From assembly GCA_002269645.1 (NCBI GenBank), contig NIVC01001131.1, forward strand, positions 140,979 to 204,978: a stretch of DNA of 64,000 nucleotides, given 5' to 3'. This stretch comes from Macrostomum lignano (Eukaryota). The translations under genes and the position numbers were made by a program. Positions 44,222-57,218 of this stretch are shown here, piece after piece (positions within the stretch are counted from its first letter, which is position 1; each line of letters opens with the position of its first letter). The notes beneath the pieces are model-generated. The model saw nothing but the letters and a program-made list of their open reading frames with translations, searched no databases and was not told the origin of the DNA.

Positions 44222-44495
44222 AGTCTTCGCAGCAGGAGACCGAAGGTCGGGGGTTCGATTCTCATCCCACTTGGAACAATTTGGGTTCTTAAGCAAGAGA
44301 CTTAACTCTGCATTGCTTCTGTTCACCCTGCTGTAAAATTGGTGCCAGCATTTGCTGGGGTAATTGAGGATGCGTGTGGCGACCCCCCCCCACAGTCCTT
44401 GGACTGAACAGCCGTACGCAGCCTTCAGATGCACCGTGAATAGCTGCGGCTGAGGTGACGGCTGCATATCTGCTATTTAGGGCAAGTGTAATAAA
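44222..44495 (+). mobile_element. tRNA-derived SINE (counterpart of 26762-27040)
   Basis: ggggttcgattc B box, same core and tail. Confidence 0.8.
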
Positions 44496-44740
44496 TAATT
44501 ATTATAATACATTTCTTAAATTAGTTATGGTTATTGGTCGTGCTGACGTCACGTATACTTTTAATATTAATTTACATTCCCTCTGTTTAAATAAAAGGGA
44601 CCCCTAAGTAACAAAAGATATATATCTATGGTGCAAAAAGCCATCAAAAATGCTTACATTCTATTTAAAAAAATTCACACTGACTCTTGACTGCCTTTTA
44701 GTTGTTTCACAAAGAATTAAGCTAATAAACAGTTGGGGCA

Positions 44741-47700
44741 ATGCATTTAAAATGGTTTTCAAGTCTACCAGATCGAAATTGCGTATTTCTGGCACTGCTA
44801 CTACAGATTTTATTTTCAACCAATGTTGTGGGGCTTCAACTCTTTAAAACTCGGCAAGTGATGTACCGCATGCTTGGATACGACAACTTCAATGAAGGTG
44901 AGTAGCTAAAGCCATGGAGACTTAGTGCTCTTTTTAAGCAACCTATTGTGAGGATCGGTATCATTACAGAATCTCATGATGAAATCTTCCTTTATTACAG
45001 AATCTCATGATGAAATCTTCCTTTATTACAGAATCTCATGATGAAGTCTTCCTTTATTACAGAATCTCATGATGAAGGCATCCTTTATTACAGAATCTCA
45101 TGATGAAGGCATCCTTTATTACAGAATCTCATGATGAAGGCATCCTTTATTACAGAATCTCATGATGAAGGCATCCTTTATTACAGAATCTCATGATGAA
45201 GGCATCCTTTATTACAGAATCTCATGATGAAGGCATCCTTTATTACAGAATCTCATGATGAAGGCATCAACTCAGATTTTCAGACAAATCTATCCTCTTG
45301 GATCTAGTGCACTCTTAACCGTATTTGCAGATTTACAACAGTAAATCTGGACTTGCGTATCTGCAATTTACATTGAATTGCTTCCAGAACGCCTACACCT
45401 AGAGCGCTGTCGCCAGAGCTCCTCATCCGGGAACTGCAATCTGGCTATTGACGGCAGCATTGTTCAAGAATGGACTCAATGCGTTTCGACTGTACCTGAG
45501 CTCAGTAGCTTTTGGAAGGTGAGTTCAATTCTACTCATTGTTATTGCAATTATTGATAAGTGGGATTGATATGCATTCCAACTGATTTTAGAAATATATA
45601 GTCAACTATATCAGCATCCTATTTGAGCCATGGCATCTCAACAACTCCCCAATGAGCCATGGCATCTCAGCAACTCCACATTGAGCCAATTGGCATCTCA
45701 GCAACTCCACATTGAGCCAACTGGTATCTTAGCAACTCATCCATTGAGCTAATTATCATCTCAGCAACTCCCAATGAGCCAACTGGTATCTGAGCAACTC
45801 CCCCATTGAGCCAATTGGCATCTCAGCAACTCCACATTGAGCCAACTGGTATCTCAGCAACTCCCCCATTGAGCTAATTATCATCTCAGCAACTCCCCAA
45901 TGAGCCATGGCATCTCAGCAACTCCCCAATGAGCCATGGCATCAGGCGCTGCTGCAGTAGTTCACCGCTCAAGACCGCTAAGATGAGGCCGTATTGTTAT
46001 CGTGAAGTTTCAAAGGGCCCCCGGGCTGGATAGAGAGGATTTTCGAGTTGGAGTTCACGGGTCTAGACAATAACTGGGCAAACAATTTACTCCCCACTTC
46101 ACTTTTACTCGTGCAGTCTTTAGAGAACTGACACGTCAATAGTTATTATTTTCTCCGCTTAAGGCCGAACTTGAGACGCCTTCTTACATCGCTCGAGTTG
46201 TCATTCACACGGCGAAGCTGCCAGACGAGGCGATGCTCAACGCCATGCACGATTTCGGCATATACGCCGGTGACAGCACCTGCTATCGGCACATTTCGTC
46301 ACAGTCGTTCATCACTCGATCGTTTCCTTGCGACGCAATGGCAGACAGAATTTTAATTCGAAGCTTCCGTGTCAACAGCATCATGTCATTGTGCGAAATC
46401 GAAGTCTATGGAAAGCCTCTGACTTTCCAAGGGTTGGATAGCGGAGAGGCGTGAGTTAAAAACGAGCTTGATCATCTGTGGCTAAGGTGGTTAATTTAGG
46501 CGAGCTTGAGTCTTTAGATTGGCATATTCAGAATGGCAGATTCAGAATGGCAGATTCAGAATAGGCAGATTCAGAATGGCAGATTCAGAATAGGCAGATT
46601 CAGAATAGGCAGATTCAGTATGGCAGATTCAGAATAGGCAGATTCAGAATGGCAGATTCAGAATGGCAGATTCAGAATGGCAGATTCAGAATGGCAGATT
46701 CAGAATGGGCAAGTTCAGAATGGGTAGGTTCAGAATAGCAGATTCAGAATGGGCAAATTCAGAATGGCAGACTCAGAATAGGTAGATTCAGAATGGCAGA
46801 TTCAGAATGGCAGATTCAGAATGGCAGATTCAGAATGGCAGATTCAGAATGGCAGATTCAGAATGGCAGATTTAGAATGGCAGATTCAGAATGGCAGATT
46901 CAGAATGGCGGGTTCAGAATGGCAGGTTCAGAATAGGCAGATTCAGAATGGCAGGTTCAGAATGGCGGGTTCATAATATACTTCTGAACAAATTTTTCTA
47001 AACCAATTCAAGAGAGATTGGCTTCTCAGGTTGCTTAATGAGCTCATCGGCGGAGAACAGCAAATGCGAAGACGCCACCGACCGGAATTTCGCCGTTTTC
47101 CATGGCCAGAGCGGCAAAAAGTGTGCATTGACTCTGCCGGGAGAAGAGGAGTACTCGCGGTCCTGGTTGTCCGTTTATTTAATGACGCCGACGCTAATTA
47201 AACACGTGAAAGTTTACAATCGGATGGACAAGTGCTGCAACAATTTGCTAAATAAATTTGCCATCCTAGTTAATTCAGCTAGCTGCGCTGTACACGAGTC
47301 TATTGAACCGTTTATAAGCAAGGTATTTCGATGCACTCGATTTGGCAACAATGTCAAACTGGAGAGCCGAGTGTTGAAATCGGCCATCACAGTGTGCCAA
47401 ATACAGGTGTTTGGCTACAAAACGCTCTTGTATCCCGACGTAAGGCATGGTGAGTCCAACGTTTTGCTGTGTCTGCTTCAAAACAGTGATTGCTCTATGC
47501 TATGCATGTATAATGAAGCTAAAGCCCCTGGTGCCCCTGGTGCTAAAGTCCCTGGTGCTAAAGCCCCTGGTGCTGCTGTAGCGTGCAGGTTTATAACAAT
47601 TCTAACTACGCCTATGAAGATGTCTGATAAAAAGCACTGATCTGAAACCCTTCTGCAATATCCCCAGAGCATAAAGGATGCTTTCATGACGATCCGGATA

Positions 47701-47942
47701 ACCCGGAAATGGAACAAGTCATCAGCTACTCGTTTATGGAACCAAGAAAATGCCACCGAATGTGCAAACGCCTAAACAAGCTCTACTTCGGCTTGCAAAA
47801 TGGTCGAGCCTGCCTTTGCGGCAACAAGTACGGCCGGTATGGCAGCGCCGCAATAGAAAAGTGCAATCTCGGATGCGTGAGCGACGGAGGCATGGCCTGC
47901 GGAGGACGGAACTTCACCACAGTCTATGAGATTCTCGTGTGA
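44741..47942 (+). CDS. Lectin gene G4, complete: signal peptide + FTP + FTP + WSC (exons 44741-44897, 45388-45518, 46164-46450, 47013-47449, 47668-47942)
   Basis: Leader VFLALLLQILFSTNVVG. Phases 1,0,2,1 with GT-AG. NRMDKCC and VCQIQVFG; WSC HKGCFHD...C..C...YFGLQNG.AC.CGN..CGG. Confidence 0.85.
44964..45268. repeat. 31-bp minisatellite (tttattacagaatctcatgatgaaggcatcc), about 10 copies, in G4 intron 1
   Basis: Period 31 read directly (agaatctca at 45061 and 45092). Confidence 0.93.
45622..45942. repeat. ~30-bp minisatellite in G4 intron 2
   Basis: ttgagcca...gcatctcagcaactcc units. Confidence 0.9.
46521..46975. repeat. 14-bp satellite (cagaatggcagatt)n in G4 intron 3
   Basis: Tandem copies. 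Confidence 0.93.
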
Positions 47943-48249
47943 ACAGTTGCGGAACACAAAAGGGAACTGTTTGTACTATTAACAAACATTTTTTTATTTG
48001 TAGGCAAGACATATTTTTTGGCAATTTTTCTACCTCTACCTGTATTTTTTACTGCAAACAAAAATTAGGACTCTAGGCTTGTCTAACACGTTAGTTTAGT
48101 TTAAGCCGCGTCAACAGTTCAATATACACGTATCGATTGACCCAGCCCTTGCGCGCAGGGGACACGTCCTGTGCCGATTTCAAATTTGGTTGCTTTTTTA
48201 GTTTTACGCTCTTATCCTTAAAATATGATAGCATTGAAATTGAGCTATA

Positions 48250-49570
48250 AACAACAACAGCAAACTACAGCAACCCTGGACAAGCCAAGTTTGGGTTGCT
48301 GTCAAAAGCAGAGTTGCGCAGAATAGCGAGTTCGCGAGGATCAGAAATCTCAGCGGCTCTTAGAAGCAGGACGAAACGAAACGCAGACTTCCCGCCTGAC
48401 CAAGCCGCCGCGGCCCTTGAAGGGAGAGCAGCAGCGCGTCTTGAAGCGGCTCAGGGCAGCACTGCTCTGTCCGGATGACGTGGCCAACCAGTTGTAGGCG
48501 CCGTATGCGCAGCAGCTGGCTGGGTCGGGAAAGCTGGGCCTGTCGGTACAGCTCGTTATTGCTGGTGACTGTCGGCGAGTAGTGGACGCCCAAGGCGGCT
48601 CTCAGAAGTCCAGCATGAGCTGCGTCGATCAGTGTGCACTACCAGTCAGTGTCCACGTTTCAGCGTTGTAAAAGTGGACGGTTTCTATGACGGCCTGGAA
48701 CAGCCGCCCTCTCAGCCGATCCGGCAGCGCGGGGCTCTGCAGGACAGTCTGCAAGGTGCGGACTGCGCCCCAGTCAAGCGCACTGCGCCGTGCCATGTCG
48801 TCCGTGATGCTTGGCCTGCCCGTTCGTGCAGCGGCAGTCGATCTCAGCTGGGAGGTCCGGTCAGCACGGTCAGCACCATTGTCTTTTTGGTGTTTATGGA
48901 CAGTCCGATCACAACGGCCGCCGCCGTCAGCTGGTCTAGCAGGCGTTGAGCTCCTTCGGCTGAGCTGGACAGCAGCGCTAGGTCGTCCGCGTACGCTTAG
49001 ACGGAGAGTCACTTCTCAAGGTGTCGCGCCTGCTTGTTCTGCGGCAGAGCAAAGATCCGTGGGAGTCGTCAGGGAGGCCGATGCGCAGTGCCCAATCCAG
49101 GACCTGGACGAACAGAAATATGTCGCAGGTGCCTCCTTATAGAATGCCGGAGGACGTGTCGAAAAGTCGGAATTAGAGGCCACCCGGCGTCATAACTGCC
49201 GCCCTAGTCTCCTGGTACGGAGCCATTACAGCCGTGATACGCGCGCAGGATGTTTGCGATGACCCGCCTCGACACCGAGTCAAAGGCCTTCAGGAAGTCC
49301 ACGAAGATTCAGATGATGGCTGACTGGCGGACGCGGGCCTTTTCTAAATTTGGATCACCGTGCCTCTGCTTGTCCGGAATCTGTTTTGCTCGAGCTGGAG
49401 GAACGGGTCCAGCACCGGCTGCAGCCGCGACAGCAGAACCCTGTTGAGCAGCGCCGTGCAGGACATTAGTGAAATCCCGCGAAGCTCTTCGATCTTGACG
49501 GTACCTACTGGTTTCTTTGGGATCCTGGCGATATGCGCAGTCTGCTACTCGACAGCAGGGGCGGGGCCCC
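48250..49570 (-). pseudogene. Degraded non-LTR retrotransposon reverse transcriptase (RTE-like), 5'-truncated
   Basis: Minus-strand frames give IFVDFLKAFDSV, AYADDLALL...GLSINTKKT, LF.AVIETV..YNAETWTL and RRLQLVGHVIR, with stops and frameshifts. Short (TGT)n tail near 48255. Confidence 0.88.
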
Positions 49571-49784
49571 ATACAGCTGGCACGAAGTCCATCACTTCCG
49601 TGACTTCCAACATCACGCGACATGTGTGATAAATGTGATAACGTGTGATACGTGTGATAACATGTGATACGTGTGACACGCGTGATATGGGTGATACGTT
49701 TGAGCTATATAAACTGTATAAAATCATAATATCAAATTAATAATAAAGGCATCCTAGTTCTATAATATAATAATGATAGATTAC

Positions 49785-49925
49785 ACCCACCTGCCCTAAT
49801 GGTCAGATGTGCAACCGACAGCTCAGCCGCAGCTATTGCGCGGCGCATCTGAAGGCTGCGTACGGCTGTTCAGTCCAAGGACTGGGGGGGGGGGGGGTTC
49901 CACACACACCCTCAAGTACCCCATT
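49785..49925 (-). mobile_element. SINE 3' half (truncated)
   Basis: cctgccctaat...cagatgtgcaaccgacagctcagccgcagctattgcgcggcgcatctgaagg. Confidence 0.8.
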
Positions 49926-50661
49926 TACTCACTAATTAGAAATGAATTCAGAAAACCTGCAATGAGTCGAGCCGTGACATGCATTTTTATAATATTTAGG
50001 TACAGGAATTTACGTAGAATAAAATTAACCTACATGCAAAATCCGAGTTTCCTAAACAAAAAGATTTATGAATATCAATAGAGCTATATAAGAAAGACAC
50101 AACATATCAAACGACGGACATTGGGTCTGCTTCCTATCGAAAGTAATTTTTGTGCTGAAAAAATGGAAACTACCTTTCTAAGTAGTGTGTACTTTTCGAG
50201 AAAACCTGCCTCTAAAATTCTCCAAGAAACGTAGTTTGACCCCTGCTTCTACTTGAGTAGTTCTGCATTACAAATTGTACTAATTAAAATAATTAATTTA
50301 TCGTAAGCTGCAGCTAACTATATAGTTACAAAAAGGCTATCGGACCAATCTGTGTATTTATTAATTTAACAAAAAAGACAAAAACTTGGCTGTTAATTGA
50401 AATGACACAACTTAATAAAGATATGTCAGCTAAATACACTTAAATACACTTATGGTTCAAAATGACGAATAACTACGAGCGTATCACCTATTTATTAATT
50501 ATTCTAGCAAAAGAACATTAGCTAAGTCAATAATAGAAAACTAATGTACTCGTAAATAAATAAATATACGTACAAATATAAATAAAAATCTTTACTTTCT
50601 ACTTTAAGTAGACTACCGAAGTCCTGTATTTCATAGTTGTAGTTTCCTAGACAACAAACTA

Positions 50662-53600
50662 TTACAGCAGTTCAAATACAAGATTCCGATTATCGCCGCC
50701 GCAATACTGCAGATGCCGGCCTTCGCAGGGCATGCCGCACTCGGAGTCCGGGACTTTGCCGTGCTTGCCGAATTTGCTGCCGCACCAGCACTGCATCCCG
50801 CCTTGAATGCCGAAGTAGCGTTTGCCCAGTCTGCGGCAGATTCTGTCGCATTTGTTCACCTCCATGGCCGACAGCGACACTGGGTCTTTGAAGTCGCTTA
50901 GGTCCGGATCCTTTGGGCTGTCTTTGAAGCAGCCTTTATACTCTGCAAAATTGGGAATGTTAGGGTGCGTCAGTGAGTAAGAGCAAGTGTGACAGTGAGT
51001 CAGAACAGGTTCTCAGGTGAGTCAGAGTAGCTGTGTCAGGTGAGTCAGAGTATCTGTGTCAGGTGAGTCAGAGTAGCTGTGTCAGGTGAGTCAGAGTAGA
51101 GCTGTGTCAGGTCAGTCAGAGTAGCTGTGTCAGGTGAGTCAGAGTAGAGCTGTGTCAGGTGAGTCAGAGTAGCTGTGTCAGGTGAGTCAGAGTAGAAGCT
51201 GTGTCAGGTGAGTCAGAGTAGCTGTGTCAGGTGAGTCAGAGTAGCTGTGTCAGGTGAGTCAGAGTAGAGCTGTGTCAGGTGAGTCAGAGTAGCTGTGTCA
51301 GGTGAGTTATGGGAGCTGTGTCAGGTGAGTCAGAGTAGCTGTGTCAGGTGAGTCATAGGAGCTGTGTCAGGTGAGTCATAGGAGCTGTGTCAGGTGAGTC
51401 ATAGGAGCTGTGTCAGGTGAGTCATAAGAGCTGTGTCAGGTGAGTCAGAGTAGAAGCTGTGTCAGGTGAGTCAGAGTAGAGCTGTGTCAGGTGAGTCAGA
51501 GTAGCTGTGTCAGGTGAGTCAGAGTAGCTGTGTCAGGTGAGTCTGAGTAGAGCTGTGTCAGGTCAGTCAGAGTAGCTGTGTCAGGTGAGTCAGAGTAGAG
51601 CTGTGTCAGGTGAGTCAGATTAGCTGTGTCAGGTGAGTCAGAGTAGAAGCTGTGTCAGGTGACTCAGAGTAGAGCTGTGTCAGGTGAGTCAGAGTAGCTG
51701 TGTCAGGTGAGTCAGAGTAGCTGTGTCAGGTAAGTCAGAGTAGCTGTGTCAGGTGAGTCAGAGTAGCTGTGTCAGGTGAGTCAGAGTAGCTGTGTCAGGT
51801 GAGTCAGAGTAGCTGTGTCAGGTGAGTCAGAGTAGAGCTGTGTCAGGTGAGTCAGAGTAGAAGCTGTGTCAGGTGAGTCAGAGTAGAGCTGTGTCAGGTG
51901 AGTCAGAGTAGCTGTGTCAGGTGAGTCAGAGTAGAGCTGTGTCAGGTGAGTCAGCGTAGCTGTGTCAGGTGAGTCAGAGTAGAGCTGTGCCAGTTGAGTC
52001 AGGGTAGACGCCAGGTCAGGTCTTCAGTCATTATTCATTTACAATGCTCGTAGAACTACGAGTATTTGGCGATGTGCCTAGAAAAATCCCCCTTTTTACC
52101 CCTCAACTGCTCCGGTGTCAAGGCGGCGGTGTGACCGAGAACTTGCACTTCGCAAAGAGTCACGCGACCTGTTTTGCTCATGTGTTGAACCCGCACATTG
52201 CTGCCAAATAAGTTGCACCGAAACGACTTAATATTGAACGTAGCTGGACTGTTGTATCTGCAAATAAATATCAATTTTTTTAAGTTTAACTTTTCATTTC
52301 AAGGGCTCAGTTTGAAGTCAAATTAAAATTTAGTAGGCAAAACGCCAGAGACACTAATAAGACACAGAGAAGCTCAAAAGTGACGCGTTTATACTAAGAG
52401 ACACCTGTCCATCACATGAGACACCTGCTTTTCTCACCTAAGATATCTGTCTAAGATAAGACACCTGCTAATCACAGTAACACCACTTGTTCATCACACG
52501 GGACACCTATATATCACGTGAGATACCTGTCTACCTCATGAGACCCCTGTCCATCTAAGATAAGACACCTGTCTACCTCATGAGACATCTGTTTATCTAA
52601 CCTAAGACACCTATCCATTACATAAGACACCTGTCAATCACATCAGACACCTGTCCATCACATCAGACACCTGTCCATCACATCAGACACCTGTCCATCA
52701 CATCAGACACCTGTCCATCACATCAGACACCTGTCCATCACATCAGACACCTGTCCATCACATCAGACACCTGTCCATCACATCAGACACCTGTCCATCA
52801 CATCAGACACCTGTCCATCACATCAGACACCTGTCCATCACATCAGACACCTGTCCATCACATCAGACACCTGTCCATCACATCAGACACCTGTCCATCA
52901 CATCAGACACCTGTCCATCACATCAAACACCTGTCCATCACATCAGACACCTGTCCATCACATCAGACACCTGTCCATCACATCAGACACCTGTCCATCA
53001 CATCAAACACCTGTCCATCACATCAGACACCTGTCCATCACATCAGACACCTGTCCACCACATCAGACACCTGTCCATCACATCAGACACCTGTCCATCA
53101 CATCAGACACCTGTCCATCACATCAGACACCTGGCACCCGACTCACCTGCCGCACCGCTGCGCGCTAACGGTGACCGCAAAATTGGTCAAATCCTGCTGG
53201 CAACAGTCGATCCGATTGTAAAGAATAACTTGCTGCACTATCGCTGGCAGCTTAAATGAAGTGGACCACCATTCGTACTCTCCCAGCTGGCTCATGGCGC
53301 AGTAGCCTTTGTTAGCATGCTGATGCTGGGAGTTCCCGTCCACCGCGAACCAACAGTTGTTAGTACCCTTGACACTGCTCTGATCGCAATCGGAAAGCTC
53401 TATTTTCCTGAAATATTACACAGTAGAATAAATATTCCTGGTCAGGCATCTGATATCAAGCATCTGGGATCTGGGATCTGAGATTTGGGATCTAGGATCT
53501 GGGATCTAGGATCTGGGATCTAGGATCTGGGATCTAGGATCTGGGATCTAGGATCTGGGATCTAGGATCTGGGATCTAGGATCTGGGATCTAGGATCTGG

Positions 53601-55291
53601 GATCTAGGATCTGGGATCTAGGATCTGGGATCTAGGATCTGGGATCTAGGATCTGGGATCTAGGATCTGGGATCTAGGATCTGGGATCTAGGATCTGGGA
53701 TCTAGGATCTGGGATCTAGGATCTGGGATCTAGGATCTGGGATCTAGGATCTGGGATCTAGGATCTGGGATCTAGGATCTGGGATCTAGGATCTGGGATC
53801 TAGGATCTGGGATCTAGGATCTGGGATCTAGGATCTGGGATCTAGGATCTGGGATCTAGGATCTGGGATCTAGGATCTGGGATCTAGGATCTGGGATCTA
53901 GGATCTGGGATCTAGGATCTGGGATCTAGGATCTGGGATCTAGGATCTGGGATCTAGGATCTGGGATCTAGGATCTGGGATCTAGGATCTGGGATCTAGG
54001 ATCTGGGATCTAGGATCTGGGATCTAGGATCTGGGATCTAGGATCTGGGATCTAGGATCTGGGATCTAGGATCTGGGATCTAGGATCTGGGATCTAGGAT
54101 CTGGGATCTAGGATCTGGGATCTAGGATCTGGGATCTAGGATCTGGGATCTAGGATCTGGGATCTAGGATCTGGGATCTAGGATCTGGGATCTAGGATCT
54201 GGGATCTAGGATCTGGGATCTAGGATCTGGGATCTAGGATCTGGGATCTAGGATCTGGGATCTAGGATCTGGGATCTAGGATCTGGGATCTAGGATCTGG
54301 GATCTAGGATCTGGGATCTAGGATCTGGGATCTAGGATCTGGGATCTAGGATCTGGGATCTAGGATCTGGGATCTAGGATCTGGGATCTAGGATCTGGGA
54401 TCTAGGATCTGGGATCTAGGATCTGGGATCTAGGATCTGGGATCTAGGATCTGGGATCTAGGATCTGGGATCTAGGATCTGGGATCTAGGATCTGGGATC
54501 TAGGATCTGGGATCTAGGATCTGGGATCTAGGATCTGGGATCTAGGATCTGGGATCTAGGATCTGGGATCTAGGATCTGGGATCTAGGATCTGGGATCTA
54601 GGATCTGGATCTAGGATCTGGGATCTAGGATCTGGGATCTAGGATCTGGGATCTAGGATCTGGGATCTAGGATCTGGGATCTAGGATCTGGGATCTAGGA
54701 TCTGGGATCTAGGATCTGGGATCTAGGATCTGGGATCTAGGATCTGGGATCTAGGATCTGGGATCTAGGATCTGGGATCTAGGATCTGGGATCTAGGATC
54801 TGGGATCTAGGATCTGGGATCTAGGATCTGGGATCTAGGATCTGGGATCTAGGATCTGGGATCTAGGATCTGGGATCTAGGATCTGGGATCTAGGATCTG
54901 GGATCTAGGATCTGGGATCTAGGATCTGGGATCTAGGATCTGGGATCTAGGATCTGGGATCTAGGATCTGGGATCTAGGATCTGGGATCTAGGATCTGGG
55001 ATCTAGGATCTGGGTAATCACGATACTTACGGAGGCGGATACTGCAGTATGGTCGGAAATGACAGCGTGGCACCTCTCACTTGCACGTCGCACACAACAA
55101 TTGCCGCATCCTCCATTGTGCTCTTGATCTCTATATAGCTTGTCAGGATATCGCAGGGAAAGGTTTTAGTCAGAAATGACGTGTTAGATAAGTGCGTGTA
55201 GCAGACCTCACCACCGCCGCTGATTGTGAACTCCATCAGGCCGTCCTGTAAGCGAAATACAAAACGCTTTATGTTCTCTATGTATCTTGAG

Positions 55292-55346
<55 letters not shown>

Positions 55347-56371
55347 GTTTTACAAACCTTCATCCCGAGTCGTCTCCAGTCCGAGTTGATGATTCTCACG
55401 CTAGACACGTAGGCCGGGTTCTCAAGGTAGCCCTTCCAGCTAGCTTTGCTCTCGGTGTCCGTGTGGGCGCACTGGCTGAACTCGTCGCTAACAGAGTCGT
55501 CGATGGCCATGACGCAGGCGTCTGTGTTGCTGCTCTGCTCGCAGCTGCTGAAGTGCAGCTTGGCTAAATGGATTCGTAAATAAAAAAGCATTGCACAGTT
55601 ATTAAAAACATTGAAATTTTACAAAAATATTCCCAAGGTGAAATATCCCCAGGGTGAAATATCTTCAAGGTGAAATATCCCCAAGGTGAAATATCCCCAG
55701 GGTGAAATATCCTCAAGGTGAAATATCCCCAATGTGAAATATCCCCAAGGTGAAATATCCCCAATGTGAAATATCCCTATGTGAAATATCCCCAAGGTGA
55801 AATATCCCCAATGTGAAATATCCCCTATGTGAAATATCACCAAGGTGAAATATCCCCAAGGGGAAATACCCCCAAAGCGAAATGTCCTCAAGTTGAAATG
55901 TCTCCAAGGGGAAATATCCAAGGTGATATATCTCCAAGGTGAAATATCATCAAAGGGAAATATATCGAAGGTGAAATATCTCCAAGATAAAATATCGCCA
56001 AAGTGAAATATCTCCAAGATGAAGCATCCTCAAGGTGAAATATCCTCGGGTAAAAATATCCCAGAGGCGCAATATCCTCGATGTAAAATACTCAAACGGT
56101 GAGACAGCCGGAATGTTACCCAGAATCCTCAAGGACAAATGTCATCGGAGTGTGGAAAACCAAGTTCAAAGCCAAGAGCCATAAACAATAAAATCATGAA
56201 TTGTACATGTTAAGAAGGCAAAGTTGATAAAAAAACAAAGAGCTCACCCTCTCCTGTCCTGCCTCCCACCATGGCGATCACTTTTTTTCTACTCTTGTAG
56301 ATTCGAGTGCCAGCTGGAGCTTGAGTCAGGCTGCTCAAAATCAGGGCCGCAACGAGCCATTTTTGTTGCAT
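50662..56371 (-). CDS. Lectin gene G5, complete: signal peptide + FTP + FTP + WSC (exons 56371-56248, 55563-55358, 55245-55031, 53407-53147, 52257-52100, 50942-50662)
   Basis: Leader MQQKWLVAALILSSLTQAPA. GT-AG introns with phases 1,0,2,2,1. EQSS..AID..CAHT, VCDVQVRG, QSS..AVDG..EWW..YNRIDCC, LCEVQVLG; WSC YKGCFKD..C..C..YFGIQGG.QCWCG..CGG. Confidence 0.85.
50990..52010. repeat. 23-25-bp minisatellite (gctgtgtcaggtgagtcagagta), about 40 copies, in G5 intron 5
   Basis: Direct reading. Confidence 0.95.
52400..53132. repeat. 20-bp minisatellite (cacatcagacacctgtccat), degenerate at its left end, in G5 intron 4
   Basis: Near-perfect copies at ~52636-53132. Confidence 0.95.
53462..55014. repeat. 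14-bp satellite (ggatctaggatctg)n, about 110 copies, filling G5 intron 3
   Basis: Direct reading; essentially invariant. Confidence 0.97.
55287..55342. repeat. (GA)n microsatellite in G5 intron 2
   Basis: Direct reading. Confidence 0.95.
55620..56090. repeat. ~16-17-bp minisatellite (ggtgaaatatccccaa) in G5 intron 1
   Basis: Tandem copies degrading rightwards. Confidence 0.9.
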
Positions 56372-56655
56372 TACAACGATTACAACTGACTGATCCTAGG
56401 CTTAGTTTGGAGAGCTCGAAATTTCGATTTCAAACTTCGAATAAAAAAAGGCAATGATTATTTCCTGGGTGCTCTGGTCTCAGTTAGTTCACTTGTTGTT
56501 GTCAGTTCAAACTATGTATGTTCGAGATATGCAGCACAACTATCGGCCATAGACAAAACTAAATCGTTTGATTTTGAGTAGAAAATCATAAATCAATAAA
56601 ATTGTTACGTGTTCAAAGTGCATTGGACTTTCAGCATTAGCTGAGTCTGGTACTC

Positions 56656-57218
56656 TTGTTCTCAACTCTGGCAACACCTGTTCTCAACCCTGACAACACC
56701 TGCTCTCAACTCTGGCAACACCTGTTCGCAACCCTGACAACACCTGTTCTCAACCCTGAAAACACCTGTTCTCAACTCGAACAACACCTGTTCTCAACTC
56801 TGGCAACACCTGTTCTCAACTCTGGCAACACCTGTTCTCAACTCTGGCAACACCTGTTCTCAACTCTGGCAACACCTGTTCTCAACTCTGGCAACACCTG
56901 TTCTCAACTCTGGCAACACCTGTTCTCAACTCTGGCAACACCTGTTCTCAACTCTGGCAACACCTGTTCTCAACTCTGGCAACACCTGTTCTCAACTCTG
57001 GCAACACCTTTTCTCAACTCTGGCCACACCTGTTCTCAACTCTGGCAACATCTGTTCTCAACTCTGGCAACACCTGTTCTCAACTCTGGCAGCACCTGTT
57101 CTCAACTCTGGCAACACCTGTTCTCAACTCTGGCAACATCTGTTCTCAACTCTGGCAACACCTGTTCTCAACTCTGGCAACACCTGTTCTCAACTCTGGC
57201 AACACCTGTTCTCAACTC
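56656..57218. repeat. 22-bp minisatellite (ttctcaactctggcaacacctg), about 25 copies
   Basis: Direct reading; produces the spurious 227-aa ORF. Confidence 0.95.
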
